64,000 nt of DNA from Spongiibacteraceae bacterium. Lineage in GTDB: Bacteria > Pseudomonadota > Gammaproteobacteria > Pseudomonadales > CAMLJR01. Below, piece after piece: positions 49,611 to 58,518 of the stretch. Where the stretch lies: NCBI GenBank assembly GCA_047602265.1, contig JASGHU010000001.1, positions 1,154,346 through 1,218,345 on the forward strand, given 5' to 3'. The first letter of the stretch is position 1; every line of letters begins with the position of its first letter. Under the pieces are notes generated by a model, which saw only the letters and a program-made list of their open reading frames with translations, was not told the DNA's origin and did no database searches. The translations under genes were made by a program, and so were the position numbers.

Positions 49611-50135
49611 CTAACCGTTATGTGCGCGAGCTTTTTGACGGGCCTTCCAGCGCAGTGTTACTTGCAGGCGCCACAGTAGTCGTATGCCAACAGCGCCCAG
49701 TGTTCCCGATGTGATCGCAATACAAAAAGAGCCGAGTAACCACGGTTGCCAAATATGGCCGATTTGATCGAGAAACCAATCGAGCGAAGGATCGAAATTT
49801 AATTCCTGTGGCGGCCGCCCAAGTAAAAAACTGCCGAGCTTGTAGCTCGCGTAATAAATCGGCGGCGATGTGATCGGATTGGTCAGCCACACCAGCGCAA
49901 CGCTGATCGGCAAATTCGCACGCCACCAAATCGCCCACAGCGCGGCGATCGGCATCTGCGATGGCAGCGGAACCAGCGCCGAGAACAGGCCGATGAACAT
50001 CGCCATCGACGCCGAATAGCGATTGAGATGCCAGAGGTTGGGGTCGTGCAACCAATGTGCAAAGCGCTGCAGCGACGGATGATTTTTTACAAAATCCGCG
50101 TTCGGTGTGATGCGTTTTAGAAATTTGCGAGCCAT
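49611..50135 (-). CDS. DUF2062-family membrane protein
   Basis: The family-typical N-terminus is present (FLKRITPN......HPSLQRFAHWLHDPNLWHLNR.S...A..IGLF.A..P.P.QM..AA......RANLP.S.ALVWLTNPIT.PP.YY.SYKLG). Confidence 0.75.
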   Translation of the reverse strand: MARKFLKRITPNADFVKNHPSLQRFAHWLHDPNLWHLNRYSASMAMFIGLFSALVPLPSQMPIAALWAIWWRANLPISVALVWLTNPITSPPIYYASYKLGSFLLGRPPQELNFDPSLDWFLDQIGHIWQPWLLGSFCIAITSGTLGAVGIRLLWRLQVTLRWKARQKARAHNG

Positions 50136-50252
50136 ACCGTCTTAGAAAAAACACCGAGATTCGGGTGGTGCAGCGCAAGGCTGGTTGAAAGCGCGGGCAT
50201 TATGCCGTATTGAGGTGACAGCTCGCCATTCGTGATGCAACTAGCAGGGAGG

Positions 50253-50280
50253 GTACCCGGAGCAATCAAGCTCCGGGTAC
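50253..50280 (-). terminator. Stem-loop downstream of the lipoprotein pair (10-bp perfect stem GTACCCGGAG/CTCCGGGTAC, 8-nt loop), no U-tract
   Basis: Read directly from the sequence. It lies 8 nt beyond the stop of the 50288-50857 gene. Confidence 0.5.
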
Positions 50281-50287
50281 ATTCAAG

Positions 50288-50857
50288 TTACTTCGTGTGT
50301 TTAACGGCGTCGATAAACTCTTTATCGCTATAGAATGCATCGACCAATTTCTGCACGGCTACACCGTAACCCTGTAAGGCATTCGGAATAGCGACTGCCC
50401 CGACGAATGACGATGGCCATTCATGATGGATAGCAATCGATTTATTGTATATCGCTTGCCCGTTTCGCTTCACAGTGAAGTTCCCCGCCAAATCGGCAGT
50501 ACCTTTGCTAGAGCCCGATCCATCCAACTTGTTGTTTGTCACAACACAAGAGATTTCGGTTCCTGAGCCGGCGTCGAAAACTGCTGCCTGCTTAAGCTGC
50601 TCTTCGAGTGCATGCTTAAAATATCCAGCATAGGTTCCGTAGGGGGAGCGCACAGAGCCGCCGCGAATCGAAATCTTTTCCATGGATGGCTGTGCCATGC
50701 TGACGTTGGAAACCTGCATCTTTTCCAAGTCGTAATTTTTCATGGCATTGACCGAGCCGAAATCAGATTGATAGACGGGAGCGGTCGTAGAACAGCCGGC
50801 CAATACCGACGTGAGCAGTAGCAATGCGATTGCTGCTTTAAGGGTAGATAGCTTCAT
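50288..50857 (-). CDS. Hypothetical lipoprotein (189 aa)
   Basis: The signal with lipobox reads ALLLLTSVLAG|CSTT. An AAGGGAGA RBS is present. The start lies 12 nt after the upstream lipoprotein stop. I recognise no family. Confidence 0.7.
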   Translation of the reverse strand: MKLSTLKAAIALLLLTSVLAGCSTTAPVYQSDFGSVNAMKNYDLEKMQVSNVSMAQPSMEKISIRGGSVRSPYGTYAGYFKHALEEQLKQAAVFDAGSGTEISCVVTNNKLDGSGSSKGTADLAGNFTVKRNGQAIYNKSIAIHHEWPSSFVGAVAIPNALQGYGVAVQKLVDAFYSDKEFIDAVKHTK

Positions 50858-50869
50858 GAAAGTTCTCCC

Positions 50870-51460
50870 TTAATGCGTTTGGGTGGTAGAGATGGGCAGC
50901 TTCTCTTGAAGTTGCTTAAACGCAGCTTCGGATGCGCGACGCGCAGCTAGAGGAAAATCTTTTTTAAATTCGTCGAATTCCGCATGTCCACTTCCTGTGA
51001 CTGTGTCTTTCCATACTTCATTGCCATTGCTGTCAACGGCTACACAAGTGATGGTTAAAGAGAAGTCGGTTGGTGGCCATGTGAAAGCACTTTTCGACGA
51101 CGATGTGGTAGTAAGTTGTGGCTTGAAGATATAAGTGATTTGCTTTTGCGCGACGAAGTCCTTATCGCTAAGAGAGGATACTGAATACACTTTTTTGTAG
51201 GTCTTACTCAGAACAGTATTGAGTGCTTCTTCGGTATCTTTGTATGGACTATAGGAGATTTTATCGCCGCCCCCACCGGGCGATGTCACTACTTTGGCTT
51301 TGTCTTCAGGGGAGATGTAGTAACCAACGTTGAGTTCAGATTTCGCTTTGACAGCCCCATTGCGAAGATTGTCAACAACTGGGGTAATTTGAATATTGTG
51401 CGCGCAACCTGTAATGACAGACACGGACAGCAGGGCAGCTATTTTGAGATATTTAATCAT
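50870..51460 (-). CDS. Hypothetical lipoprotein (196 aa)
   Basis: The signal with lipobox reads AALLSVSVITG|CAHN. An AAGGAA RBS is present. The gene is AT-richer than its surroundings. I recognise no family. Confidence 0.7.
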   Translation of the reverse strand: MIKYLKIAALLSVSVITGCAHNIQITPVVDNLRNGAVKAKSELNVGYYISPEDKAKVVTSPGGGGDKISYSPYKDTEEALNTVLSKTYKKVYSVSSLSDKDFVAQKQITYIFKPQLTTTSSSKSAFTWPPTDFSLTITCVAVDSNGNEVWKDTVTGSGHAEFDEFKKDFPLAARRASEAAFKQLQEKLPISTTQTH

Positions 51461-51576
51461 TTTTCATTCCTTGTTTTTAGGTTTCTTTGAATAGATGCTG
51501 AAGTTGGAACAGTCGTAATCGATGGGTTTGGGTTACTCCTTTTGCTCAGTGAGAAATATTAGGAAAGCGGCGCTAT

Positions 51577-52626
51577 TTACTCTACACGAAACCGCAGCCG
51601 CTTGAGTAATTGTCCCTGTGGTGTGCGCACATCGACCACCCATTTGCCGGTTGGATTTTCGGTTAAATTGCGTTTGCGCGACCAGGTGCGATAACCGGTG
51701 GTGCTGCCGCCGTGAATTTCGGCGGGAATTTTATCGGTCGAGCCATTGTGGTGCCATTCGAATACTAGCTCCTGCGAAAGTCCGCTCGGGGCGCGAATGG
51801 CGACAAACGCGATGACACCGTGTTCGAGCGCATCGGCGAGCGCGATGGTTTTGACCGGCTCGCCCGGCACCAGATTTTCAATGCTCTGTGTGATGCAGGC
51901 GTCGCGCGTGGAGAGCCCCGCGGCTGGAATATTGTCGCGCCCGAACCAGATGGCGCATGGAATTACAACGCAGAGCAGAACCCACAATGCGCGTTGTGGC
52001 AGCGTTGTTAATGCGTACAGCGTGCGGCGCAGTGTGATGGTAAACCACACGATCACAAAAATCAGTGCAACCGGCAGCGCGCGTTCGAGCGGTAAGTGCA
52101 CCGCCATCGGCAATACCACCAGCGCGGCTAGCCAGCTGCAATACGCATGAAAAATCATTTTGATTAGCGGGCGCGGTGCGACAAGACGGTTGTAGATGGG
52201 GTCGATGGTGCTAATTAACGCGGCGCCAATTACCGTTGCCGTGAAGGCCAGCTGACCTGCGTCAAATTGAGTGGCGCCGATAATGAATGGCAGGGAGAAA
52301 AATAATAATTCCTGTTGCAACGATTGCGTGACGAAATCGATCGCGAGCTTCGTCAATTTTCCGGGCGTTATCTTTTCCAGATATTTACGAATGAAAGGCT
52401 CGACCAATAACCACGGCCAGCCGATAAATGCGAGCAGCGCCATCAGATGCGCGAATTCCTCGCCACGTCGCACCATGGCAAAACTCAGCCAGCCCCAGCC
52501 AAAACTCAGCAGCGGTAAAAGCCATGGCATGCGCTCCAGTCGCGCAGCAAATGCGGCGACATAGCGTTTCCAAAACGATTCGGGCGCGGATGCGGCGGCG
52601 GTATTAATTTCTTCGGGCGAATTCAC
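51577..52626 (-). CDS. Polytopic membrane protein with a C-terminal beta-rich soluble domain (DUF2914-like)
   Basis: There are about 7 TM helices. A C-terminal domain of about 100 aa follows (GVIAFVAIRAPSGLSQELVFEWHHNG...YRTWSRK...GKWVVDVRTPQGQLLKRLRFRV). The family assignment is from memory only. The start codon is GTG. Confidence 0.6.
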   Translation of the reverse strand: MNSPEEINTAAASAPESFWKRYVAAFAARLERMPWLLPLLSFGWGWLSFAMVRRGEEFAHLMALLAFIGWPWLLVEPFIRKYLEKITPGKLTKLAIDFVTQSLQQELLFFSLPFIIGATQFDAGQLAFTATVIGAALISTIDPIYNRLVAPRPLIKMIFHAYCSWLAALVVLPMAVHLPLERALPVALIFVIVWFTITLRRTLYALTTLPQRALWVLLCVVIPCAIWFGRDNIPAAGLSTRDACITQSIENLVPGEPVKTIALADALEHGVIAFVAIRAPSGLSQELVFEWHHNGSTDKIPAEIHGGSTTGYRTWSRKRNLTENPTGKWVVDVRTPQGQLLKRLRFRVE

Positions 52627-52642
52627 AGCAACAGCTTTTTTT

Positions 52643-52670
52643 AGAAAAAATGGGGGCAGCGTGTGCCCCC
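52643..52670 (-). terminator. Rho-independent terminator of the gpx gene (GGGGGCA CACGC TGCCCCC + ATTTTTTC on the minus strand)
   Basis: A 7-bp GC stem followed by a T-run lies between the gpx stop (52712) and the next gene start (52626). Confidence 0.8.
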
Positions 52671-52711
52671 GGTATTATCAGTTTTAACAATTTATCGGTT
52701 TGAATAATGGA

Positions 52712-53263
52712 TTAATTGAGTAGCGCTTGAATTTCTTTGTCGATTTCTTCCGGCAGTACGGTCGGCTGAAAGCGTTTGAGTACTTTGCCGTCGCGACCGA
52801 TCAGGAATTTAGTGAAATTCCATGGGATGGCGCCATCGCGCAAATAATCGGGATGCATTTCGTTGAGAAATTTATACAGACGATCGTTTGCGAGCTGTTC
52901 GGGTGTTGGCGATGTGCCCGGTTGTTGTTCTTTCATGAATTTGTAGAGCGGATGGGTGTTAGCGCCGTTGACTTCAATTTTGCTGAAGAGCGGAAATTTT
53001 ACGCCGTAATTCAAGGTGCAGAACTCTTGAATTTCCGTTTCGCTGCCGGGTTCTTGCTCATGGAATTGATTGCACGGAAAGCCGAGCACGACGAGGCCCT
53101 TGTCCTGATATTTTTCGTAGAGTTTTTCGAGACCCTCGTATTGCGGTGTTAAACCGCATTTGCTCGCGACGTTGACGATAAGCGCGAGTTTGCCGCGATA
53201 ATCGGCCAGCGTCGTGGTTTTGCCGTCGATGGTTTTCACGCTGAAATCGTAAACTGTGGACAT
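52712..53263 (-). CDS. Glutathione peroxidase (second copy, Cys-type, longer C-terminal region)
   Basis: ATG at 53263 has an AGGAGG RBS. GPx motifs are present (NVASKCGLT, LGFPCNQF, WNFTKFLI). Compared with the 44938 copy there is an extra segment (QQPGTSPTPEQLANDRLYKFLNEMHPDYLRDGA). Confidence 0.9.
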   Translation of the reverse strand: MSTVYDFSVKTIDGKTTTLADYRGKLALIVNVASKCGLTPQYEGLEKLYEKYQDKGLVVLGFPCNQFHEQEPGSETEIQEFCTLNYGVKFPLFSKIEVNGANTHPLYKFMKEQQPGTSPTPEQLANDRLYKFLNEMHPDYLRDGAIPWNFTKFLIGRDGKVLKRFQPTVLPEEIDKEIQALLN

Positions 53264-53384
53264 GGTGACCTCCTGTGATCGAATTGCAGTGCGTTCTGTA
53301 GCGGGTCGGCGAAGAATACCCTGCACCGTGTCGCCGGTCTACGACGCTGTGGCTCTGCAGGGTTCAACTGGCTTGCTTGCGGTT

Positions 53385-53639
53385 TTAGGCTTCGATAGCC
53401 GTGCGTTGTTGCGGTGGATAACGGTGCGGTGATTTCAGCGTATCGACGCCGAGATTCACGTTGATTTCCGGCCAATAGAATTCGCCGGGTGTCGGCTCTT
53501 CGACGTGCAGCACTGCCCGCATAGGCTTGTCTTTGAACCAGGGGAAATCGTAATAGGAGAGAAAAAATGTGCGGTCGTGCACTCGGAGCCAGATACCGCG
53601 GCTTGAAACGCGAGTGACCTCCACTTTGTCATCGATCAT
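53385..53639 (-). CDS. DUF2442-family small protein
   Basis: The 84-aa product shows the family pattern (V..V......IWL...D....L.Y..FPWF.....R.....E......YWP...V.L..D.L..P..YP). Confidence 0.65.
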   Translation of the reverse strand: MIDDKVEVTRVSSRGIWLRVHDRTFFLSYYDFPWFKDKPMRAVLHVEEPTPGEFYWPEINVNLGVDTLKSPHRYPPQQRTAIEA

Positions 53640-53687
53640 ATCAGCGAAATCCTTAGGGGATTACCCCTGCTGGTTTGAATGACTCGG

Positions 53688-53906
53688 TTAATGCAATCCC
53701 GACGGTCCCACTTTGCCGGTCTGCTGCGGTGGTGTGCCCAAATCCAATTCACCTTGTCGCTGCGCAGCCATGTTTTGCATCACATAGCCGCGTAAGCGTG
53801 TGATGACTTTGTTCATCACCTCAACCGTCTGACCTAATTGATCGAGCGTGAATAAAATAGTTTCCGGGTCAACTGGTAACTGCTTCTCATCTTTGCCGCT
53901 TTCCAT
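53688..53906 (-). CDS. Hypothetical small protein (72 aa)
   Basis: ATG at 53906 has a GGGGA RBS 8 nt upstream. A helical, charged N-half precedes a Gln/Pro/Gly-rich tail. The gene lies 48 nt upstream of the DUF2442 gene. Coding status is not proven. Confidence 0.4.
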   Translation of the reverse strand: MESGKDEKQLPVDPETILFTLDQLGQTVEVMNKVITRLRGYVMQNMAAQRQGELDLGTPPQQTGKVGPSGLH

Positions 53907-54050
53907 ACAGTTATCCCCGTCAGAAAAAACCACTAATCACTTCAATGACAACTATTCGTTTATAAAAGGCTGTCGGTGTTTCAAGCGACTTATCCGAGTG
54001 ACCATTTGTGTTATTGCGAACACTCATTCGCGCGCATCGTTCATCCATGA

Positions 54051-54080
54051 AGAAAAACGGCTGCATTTGCGTGCAGCCGT
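54051..54080 (-). terminator. Rho-independent terminator of nrdB (ACGGCTGCA CGCAAA TGCAGCCGT + TTTTTCTTC on the minus strand)
   Basis: A 9-bp perfect stem followed by a T-run lies 7 nt after the nrdB stop. Confidence 0.85.
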
Positions 54081-54086
54081 TTCCGC

Positions 54087-55427
54087 TCACTCCCAGCTCA
54101 AAGCGCCGCCGGTTTGATATTCCGTCACGCGCGTTTCGAAGAAGTTTTTCTCCTTGCGCAGGTCCATGATTTCACTCATCCACGGGAACGGGTTTTGCGC
54201 GCCCGGGAATTGTTCAGGCAGTCCGAGTTGATTGAGGCGGCGATTGGCGATGAAGTGTAAATAATCTTCCATCATCGCCGCATTCATGCCGAGTACACCG
54301 CGCGGCATGCTGTCGCGTGCGTACTGCACTTCGAGTTCGGTGCCTTCGACGATCATCTGTACGGCTTCGCGCTGGAAATCTTCCGTCCACAAATGCGGGT
54401 TTTCCAATTTGATTTGGTTGATCACGTCGATGCCGAAATTCAAATGCATCGATTCGTCGCGCAGAATGTATTGGAATTGTTCGGCAACGCCGGTCATTTT
54501 GTTGCGGCGGCCCATCGACAGAATTTGCGTGAACCCGCAGTAAAAGAAAATACCTTCGGTGACGCCGTAGAAGCCGATCAGATTGCGCAGCAATTCCTGA
54601 TCGTTTTCGAAGGTGCCGGTTTTGAAATTCGGATCGCTTAGCGCGTGCGTGTGGCTCAAACTCCACGCGGCTTTTTTCGCGACCGAAGGAATTTCGCGGT
54701 ACATGTTGAAGACTTCGCCTTCATCCATGCCGAGCGATTCGACGCAATATTGGTATGCGTGCGTGTGAATCGCTTCTTCGAATGCCTGGCGCAATAAATA
54801 TTGGCGGCACTCGGGGTTGGTGATGTGGCGATAAATTGCGAGCACTAAATTGTTCGCAACTAAGCTATCTGCCGTGGAGAAATAACCGAGCGAGCGCATG
54901 ACGATGCGGCGTTCATCTTCGGTGAGACCATCCTGCGAGCGCCATGTTGCCACGTCGGCGGTCATGTTCACTTCCTGCGGCATCCAGTGGTTCGCGCAGC
55001 CGTCGAGATATTTTTGCCACGCCCAATCGTATTTGAACGGCACCAGCTGATTGAGATCGGCGCGGCAATTGATCATGCGTTTGTCATCGACCTGCAAACG
55101 CGCGGCGCCCATTTCAAGTTCATCGAGGCCCGGTTTTGCATCGAATTTTTCGACGATGGCGTGCGCGCGCGCAGCGATATCTGCATCGGCAACTGTCGGT
55201 TCGTGGTGAGCAGATTCGTGATGCGCAGTGTTTGCTGCAGGCGCGGCAACTTGCGCGGCGGCGTTTACTTTTTCGATTGCTGCATTGTCGGCATAGATTG
55301 GCGCAGGCTCGGCGACCTTTTGTACCGGTTGCGCAGGCGCAGCGGGTTCCGTCTTTTCAACAAACGTATTGGTTTTTACTGCTGCGGGAATCGGATCTTC
55401 GGAATTATATTCGTCCCAATTCAACAT
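54087..55427 (-). CDS. nrdB: Class Ia ribonucleotide reductase beta subunit with an Ala/Pro-rich N-terminal extension
   Basis: The core reads [42 protein letters not shown]. Di-iron ligand contexts are present (EE.IH..AY; E.MH). The C-terminal tail reads [11 protein letters not shown]. Confidence 0.9.
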   Translation of the reverse strand: MLNWDEYNSEDPIPAAVKTNTFVEKTEPAAPAQPVQKVAEPAPIYADNAAIEKVNAAAQVAAPAANTAHHESAHHEPTVADADIAARAHAIVEKFDAKPGLDELEMGAARLQVDDKRMINCRADLNQLVPFKYDWAWQKYLDGCANHWMPQEVNMTADVATWRSQDGLTEDERRIVMRSLGYFSTADSLVANNLVLAIYRHITNPECRQYLLRQAFEEAIHTHAYQYCVESLGMDEGEVFNMYREIPSVAKKAAWSLSHTHALSDPNFKTGTFENDQELLRNLIGFYGVTEGIFFYCGFTQILSMGRRNKMTGVAEQFQYILRDESMHLNFGIDVINQIKLENPHLWTEDFQREAVQMIVEGTELEVQYARDSMPRGVLGMNAAMMEDYLHFIANRRLNQLGLPEQFPGAQNPFPWMSEIMDLRKEKNFFETRVTEYQTGGALSWE

Positions 55428-55491
55428 AACGTCTCACCCATGAATTGTGGTTTTGTAAATGCTCCGGCAGCGAGGCCGGAGCGATTTCAAC

Positions 55492-58377
55492 TTACTGGCA
55501 CGCTTCGCAATCAGGATTATCGATCGAGCACGCTTTTGGTACTTCCGCAGCTTGCGTGAATGCGGCAGTGCTAGATGCTGCAGAACTCACAGCATTTAAC
55601 GAGCCAGTCGTGATCGTCGATTTCTCTGTGCTGGTCGCCGACAGTGCGCGCAGGTAATACGTGGTTTTCAAACCGCGATACCACGCCATGCGATAAGTGA
55701 TATCGAGTTTTTTACCCGATGCGCCCGCGATGTAGAGGTTGAGCGATTGCGCTTGATCGATCCACTTCTGACGACGGCTCGCTGCATCGACCAGCCAGCG
55801 CGGTTCAACTTCAAATGCGGTCGCATACAGCGCTTTCAAATCCGCCGGAATACGATCGATCTGTTGCACGCTGCCATCGAAATATTTGAGATCGTTCACC
55901 ATCACCGCATCCCACAGGCCACGTTTTTTCAAATCGTGTACAAGATACGGATTAACGACGGTGAATTCGCCCGACAAATTCGATTTCACGTACAGGTTTT
56001 GATAGGTCGGTTCGATCGATTGCGAAGCGTCAGTGATGTTGGCGATCGTCGCAGTCGGCGCAATCGCCATCACGTTGCTGTTGCGCATGCCTTTGGATTT
56101 CACGCGCACGCGCATGCTGTCCCAATCGAGCGTTTGCGAGCGATCGACTTCGATAAATTCTTCGCCGCGTTGTTCGGCGAGAATTTGCACGGAATCGATT
56201 GGCAATACGCCTTGGCTCCACAACGAACCTTGATACGTTTCGTAACTGCCGCGCTCTTCCGCTAATTCGGACGATGCTTTGATGGCGAAATAACTCACGG
56301 CTTCCATCGAGCGATCGGCGAACTCAACGGCTTGGTTCGACGCGTATGGCAGGCGCAATGTGTACAGCGCATCCTGGAAGCCCATGATGCCAAGGCCGAT
56401 CGGGCGATGCTTGCTGTTCGAATTTTTTGCTTGCGGCACGGCGTAGTAATTGATGTCGATGACGTTATCGAGCATGCGTACGGCAGTTTTAATCGTACGT
56501 TCGAGTTTCGCGTGATCGAGCTTACCGTTAACGATGTGTTGATTGAGATTCACCGAACCCAGATTACACACCGCGATTTCATCGCGATTGGTGTTGAGCG
56601 TAATTTCGGTGCAAAGGTTCGAGCTATGCACAACGCCGACATGTTGTTGCGGGCTGCGCAAATTGCACGGATCTTTGAACGTAATCCACGGGTGGCCGGT
56701 TTCGAACAGCATCGACAACATTTTGCGCCACAGATCCTGTGCGCGAACTTTCTTGAATAATTTCAATTTGCCTTCGGCGGCGAGTTTTTCGTAATACTCG
56801 TAGCGATCTTCGAAAGCAGTGCCGTACAAATCGTGCAGATCAGGCGTATCGGCCGGTGAGAACAGGGTCCAATCGCGATCCTGGAACACGCGCTTCATGA
56901 ACAGATCGGGAACCCAGTTCGCGGTGTTCATATCGTGCGTGCGGCGGCGATCGTCGCCAGTGTTTTTGCGCAGTTCGAGGAATTCCTCAATATCCATGTG
57001 CCAGGTTTCGAGATACGCGCACACCGCGCCTTTGCGTTTGCCGCCCTGGTTCACGGCGACAGCGGTATCGTTCACCACTTTCAGGAACGGCACCACGCCC
57101 TGCGATTTACCGTTGGTGCCTTTGATGTACGAGCCGAGTGCGCGCACGGGGGTCCAATCGTTGCCGAGACCACCGGCCCATTTCGACAGCATCGCGTTGT
57201 CGTGAATCGCACCGAAAATGCCGTCGAGATCGTCGGGAACGGTGGTGAGATAGCACGACGACAATTGCGGGCGCAGCGTGCCCGAATTGAACAGCGTCGG
57301 TGTCGAGCTCATGTAATCGAAGCTCGACAGCAATTGATAGAACTCGATTGCACGCGCGTTTTTATCGGCTTCCTGAATCGACAGGCCCATCGCGACGCGC
57401 ATGAAAAATACCTGCGGCAACTCGAAGCGAATTTCATCGTGATGGATGAAGTAGCGGTCGTACAACGTCTGCAGGCCGAGGTAGCCAAACAACTGATCGC
57501 GCTCGGGAATCAATGCCGCGCCGAGGCGTTGCAGATCGAAGGTTTTGAGCGCAGGGTCGAGCAGGTCGAGTTCGACGCCCTTGTTGATGTACGCGGTAAG
57601 CGCTTGCGGGTAATACGTTGCCATATCGGCTTGCGTCGCCGAATTGGCGATGTCGAGGAAAGTGAGTGCTTCCTCGCGCAGGTGATCCATGAGCAGGCGC
57701 GCGGTAACGAACGAGTAATTCGGCTCTTTCTCGACCAGGGTGCGCGCGGTGATGACGAGCGAGGTATTGAGCTCGCCGATCGGCACGCCGTCGTATAGAT
57801 TTTTGAGCGCTTCGCTGAGGACGAGCTGGGCATCGACACCCTCAAGGCCGGCGCAGGCTTCGGCGACGATGGTTTCGAGGCGACCGAGGTCGAGAAACTC
57901 GCGGCTGCCGTCGGCCAGCGTCACGTGAAGTGTTGGGTGTGCTTTGGCGGGTTGCGTCGCAGCCTTCGCGGCGCGCTGGCGGGCGTGTTCTTCACGGTAG
58001 ATGACGTATGAGCGCGCGACTTTCTGCTCGCCGCTGCGCATCAACGCCAATTCGACCTGATCCTGAATCTCTTCGATGTGAATCGTACCGCCCGAGGGCA
58101 TGCGGCGTTTGAAGGTGGCGCTGACCATCGCTGCGAGCTTGGCCACGGTCTCATGAATACGCGTTGACGCTGCGGCGGTGCCGCCTTCTACGGCGAGAAA
58201 GGCTTTGGTGATGGCGACCGCGATCTTGCTGTCGTCGTAGGGCACGACAGTGCCGTTGCGCTTGATCACACGCATCTGTCCGGGTGCGGTCGCTTGCACG
58301 GAGGCCGGTGCGTTTGGGGTAGAGGTTGTTTGTGGGTTGAAGTTGCCGCTGGCGGATGGAGTAAGGTCGGTATGCAT
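55492..58377 (-). CDS. nrdA: Class Ia ribonucleotide reductase alpha subunit with duplicated N-terminal ATP-cone
   Basis: The product is 961 aa. The first ATP-cone reads VIKRNGTVVPYDDSKI and a second cone-like block reads IHIEEIQDQVELALM..G....A..Y..YR. Catalytic-site contexts (NLCTEI, VCNLGS) and the C-terminal CxxC-type tail (CSIDNPDCEACQ) are present. Confidence 0.92.
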   Translation of the reverse strand: MHTDLTPSASGNFNPQTTSTPNAPASVQATAPGQMRVIKRNGTVVPYDDSKIAVAITKAFLAVEGGTAAASTRIHETVAKLAAMVSATFKRRMPSGGTIHIEEIQDQVELALMRSGEQKVARSYVIYREEHARQRAAKAATQPAKAHPTLHVTLADGSREFLDLGRLETIVAEACAGLEGVDAQLVLSEALKNLYDGVPIGELNTSLVITARTLVEKEPNYSFVTARLLMDHLREEALTFLDIANSATQADMATYYPQALTAYINKGVELDLLDPALKTFDLQRLGAALIPERDQLFGYLGLQTLYDRYFIHHDEIRFELPQVFFMRVAMGLSIQEADKNARAIEFYQLLSSFDYMSSTPTLFNSGTLRPQLSSCYLTTVPDDLDGIFGAIHDNAMLSKWAGGLGNDWTPVRALGSYIKGTNGKSQGVVPFLKVVNDTAVAVNQGGKRKGAVCAYLETWHMDIEEFLELRKNTGDDRRRTHDMNTANWVPDLFMKRVFQDRDWTLFSPADTPDLHDLYGTAFEDRYEYYEKLAAEGKLKLFKKVRAQDLWRKMLSMLFETGHPWITFKDPCNLRSPQQHVGVVHSSNLCTEITLNTNRDEIAVCNLGSVNLNQHIVNGKLDHAKLERTIKTAVRMLDNVIDINYYAVPQAKNSNSKHRPIGLGIMGFQDALYTLRLPYASNQAVEFADRSMEAVSYFAIKASSELAEERGSYETYQGSLWSQGVLPIDSVQILAEQRGEEFIEVDRSQTLDWDSMRVRVKSKGMRNSNVMAIAPTATIANITDASQSIEPTYQNLYVKSNLSGEFTVVNPYLVHDLKKRGLWDAVMVNDLKYFDGSVQQIDRIPADLKALYATAFEVEPRWLVDAASRRQKWIDQAQSLNLYIAGASGKKLDITYRMAWYRGLKTTYYLRALSATSTEKSTITTGSLNAVSSAASSTAAFTQAAEVPKACSIDNPDCEACQ

Positions 58378-58422
58378 GGGCTCTCCCGAAGCGCATTGAT
58401 TGTATAATTATTGCCCGGCAAA

Positions 58423-58470
58423 CCCCTATATGTTGGGGGTTTGAGAAAATCGAGATACAAGATAATGCGG
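58423..58470 (-). promoter_or_regulatory. Two candidate NrdR boxes, 32 bp centre-to-centre (CCCCTATATGTTGGGG at 58423-58438; ATACAAGATAATGCGG at 58455-58470, plus-strand reading)
   Basis: Both 16-mers match the core of the published NrdR-box palindrome (acaCwAtATaTwgtGt) at most positions. The spacing of about 3 helical turns is typical of tandem NrdR boxes. They lie 45-95 nt upstream of the nrdA ATG. The match was made by eye only. Confidence 0.5.
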
Positions 58471-58509
58471 TTTGAGGGGGAGTGCAAGCCGAATAAATTG
58501 GGTGTGGCT

Positions 58510-58518
58510 TGTGGATAA
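58510..58518 (-). promoter_or_regulatory. Consensus DnaA box TTATCCACA upstream of nrdA
   Basis: The plus strand reads TGTGGATAA, an exact 9/9 match to TTATNCACA on the gene strand. It lies about 135 nt upstream of the nrdA start. DnaA control of nrdAB is established in E. coli. Confidence 0.55.

Noticed and set aside
56935-57798. A 287-aa plus-strand ORF inside nrdA, and similar antisense ORFs at 15583-16296 (waaA), 43800-44480 (DGC) and 38002-38691
   Set aside because: All are antisense to confidently identified genes, lack recognisable domains and are Arg/His-rich. They are shadow ORFs.
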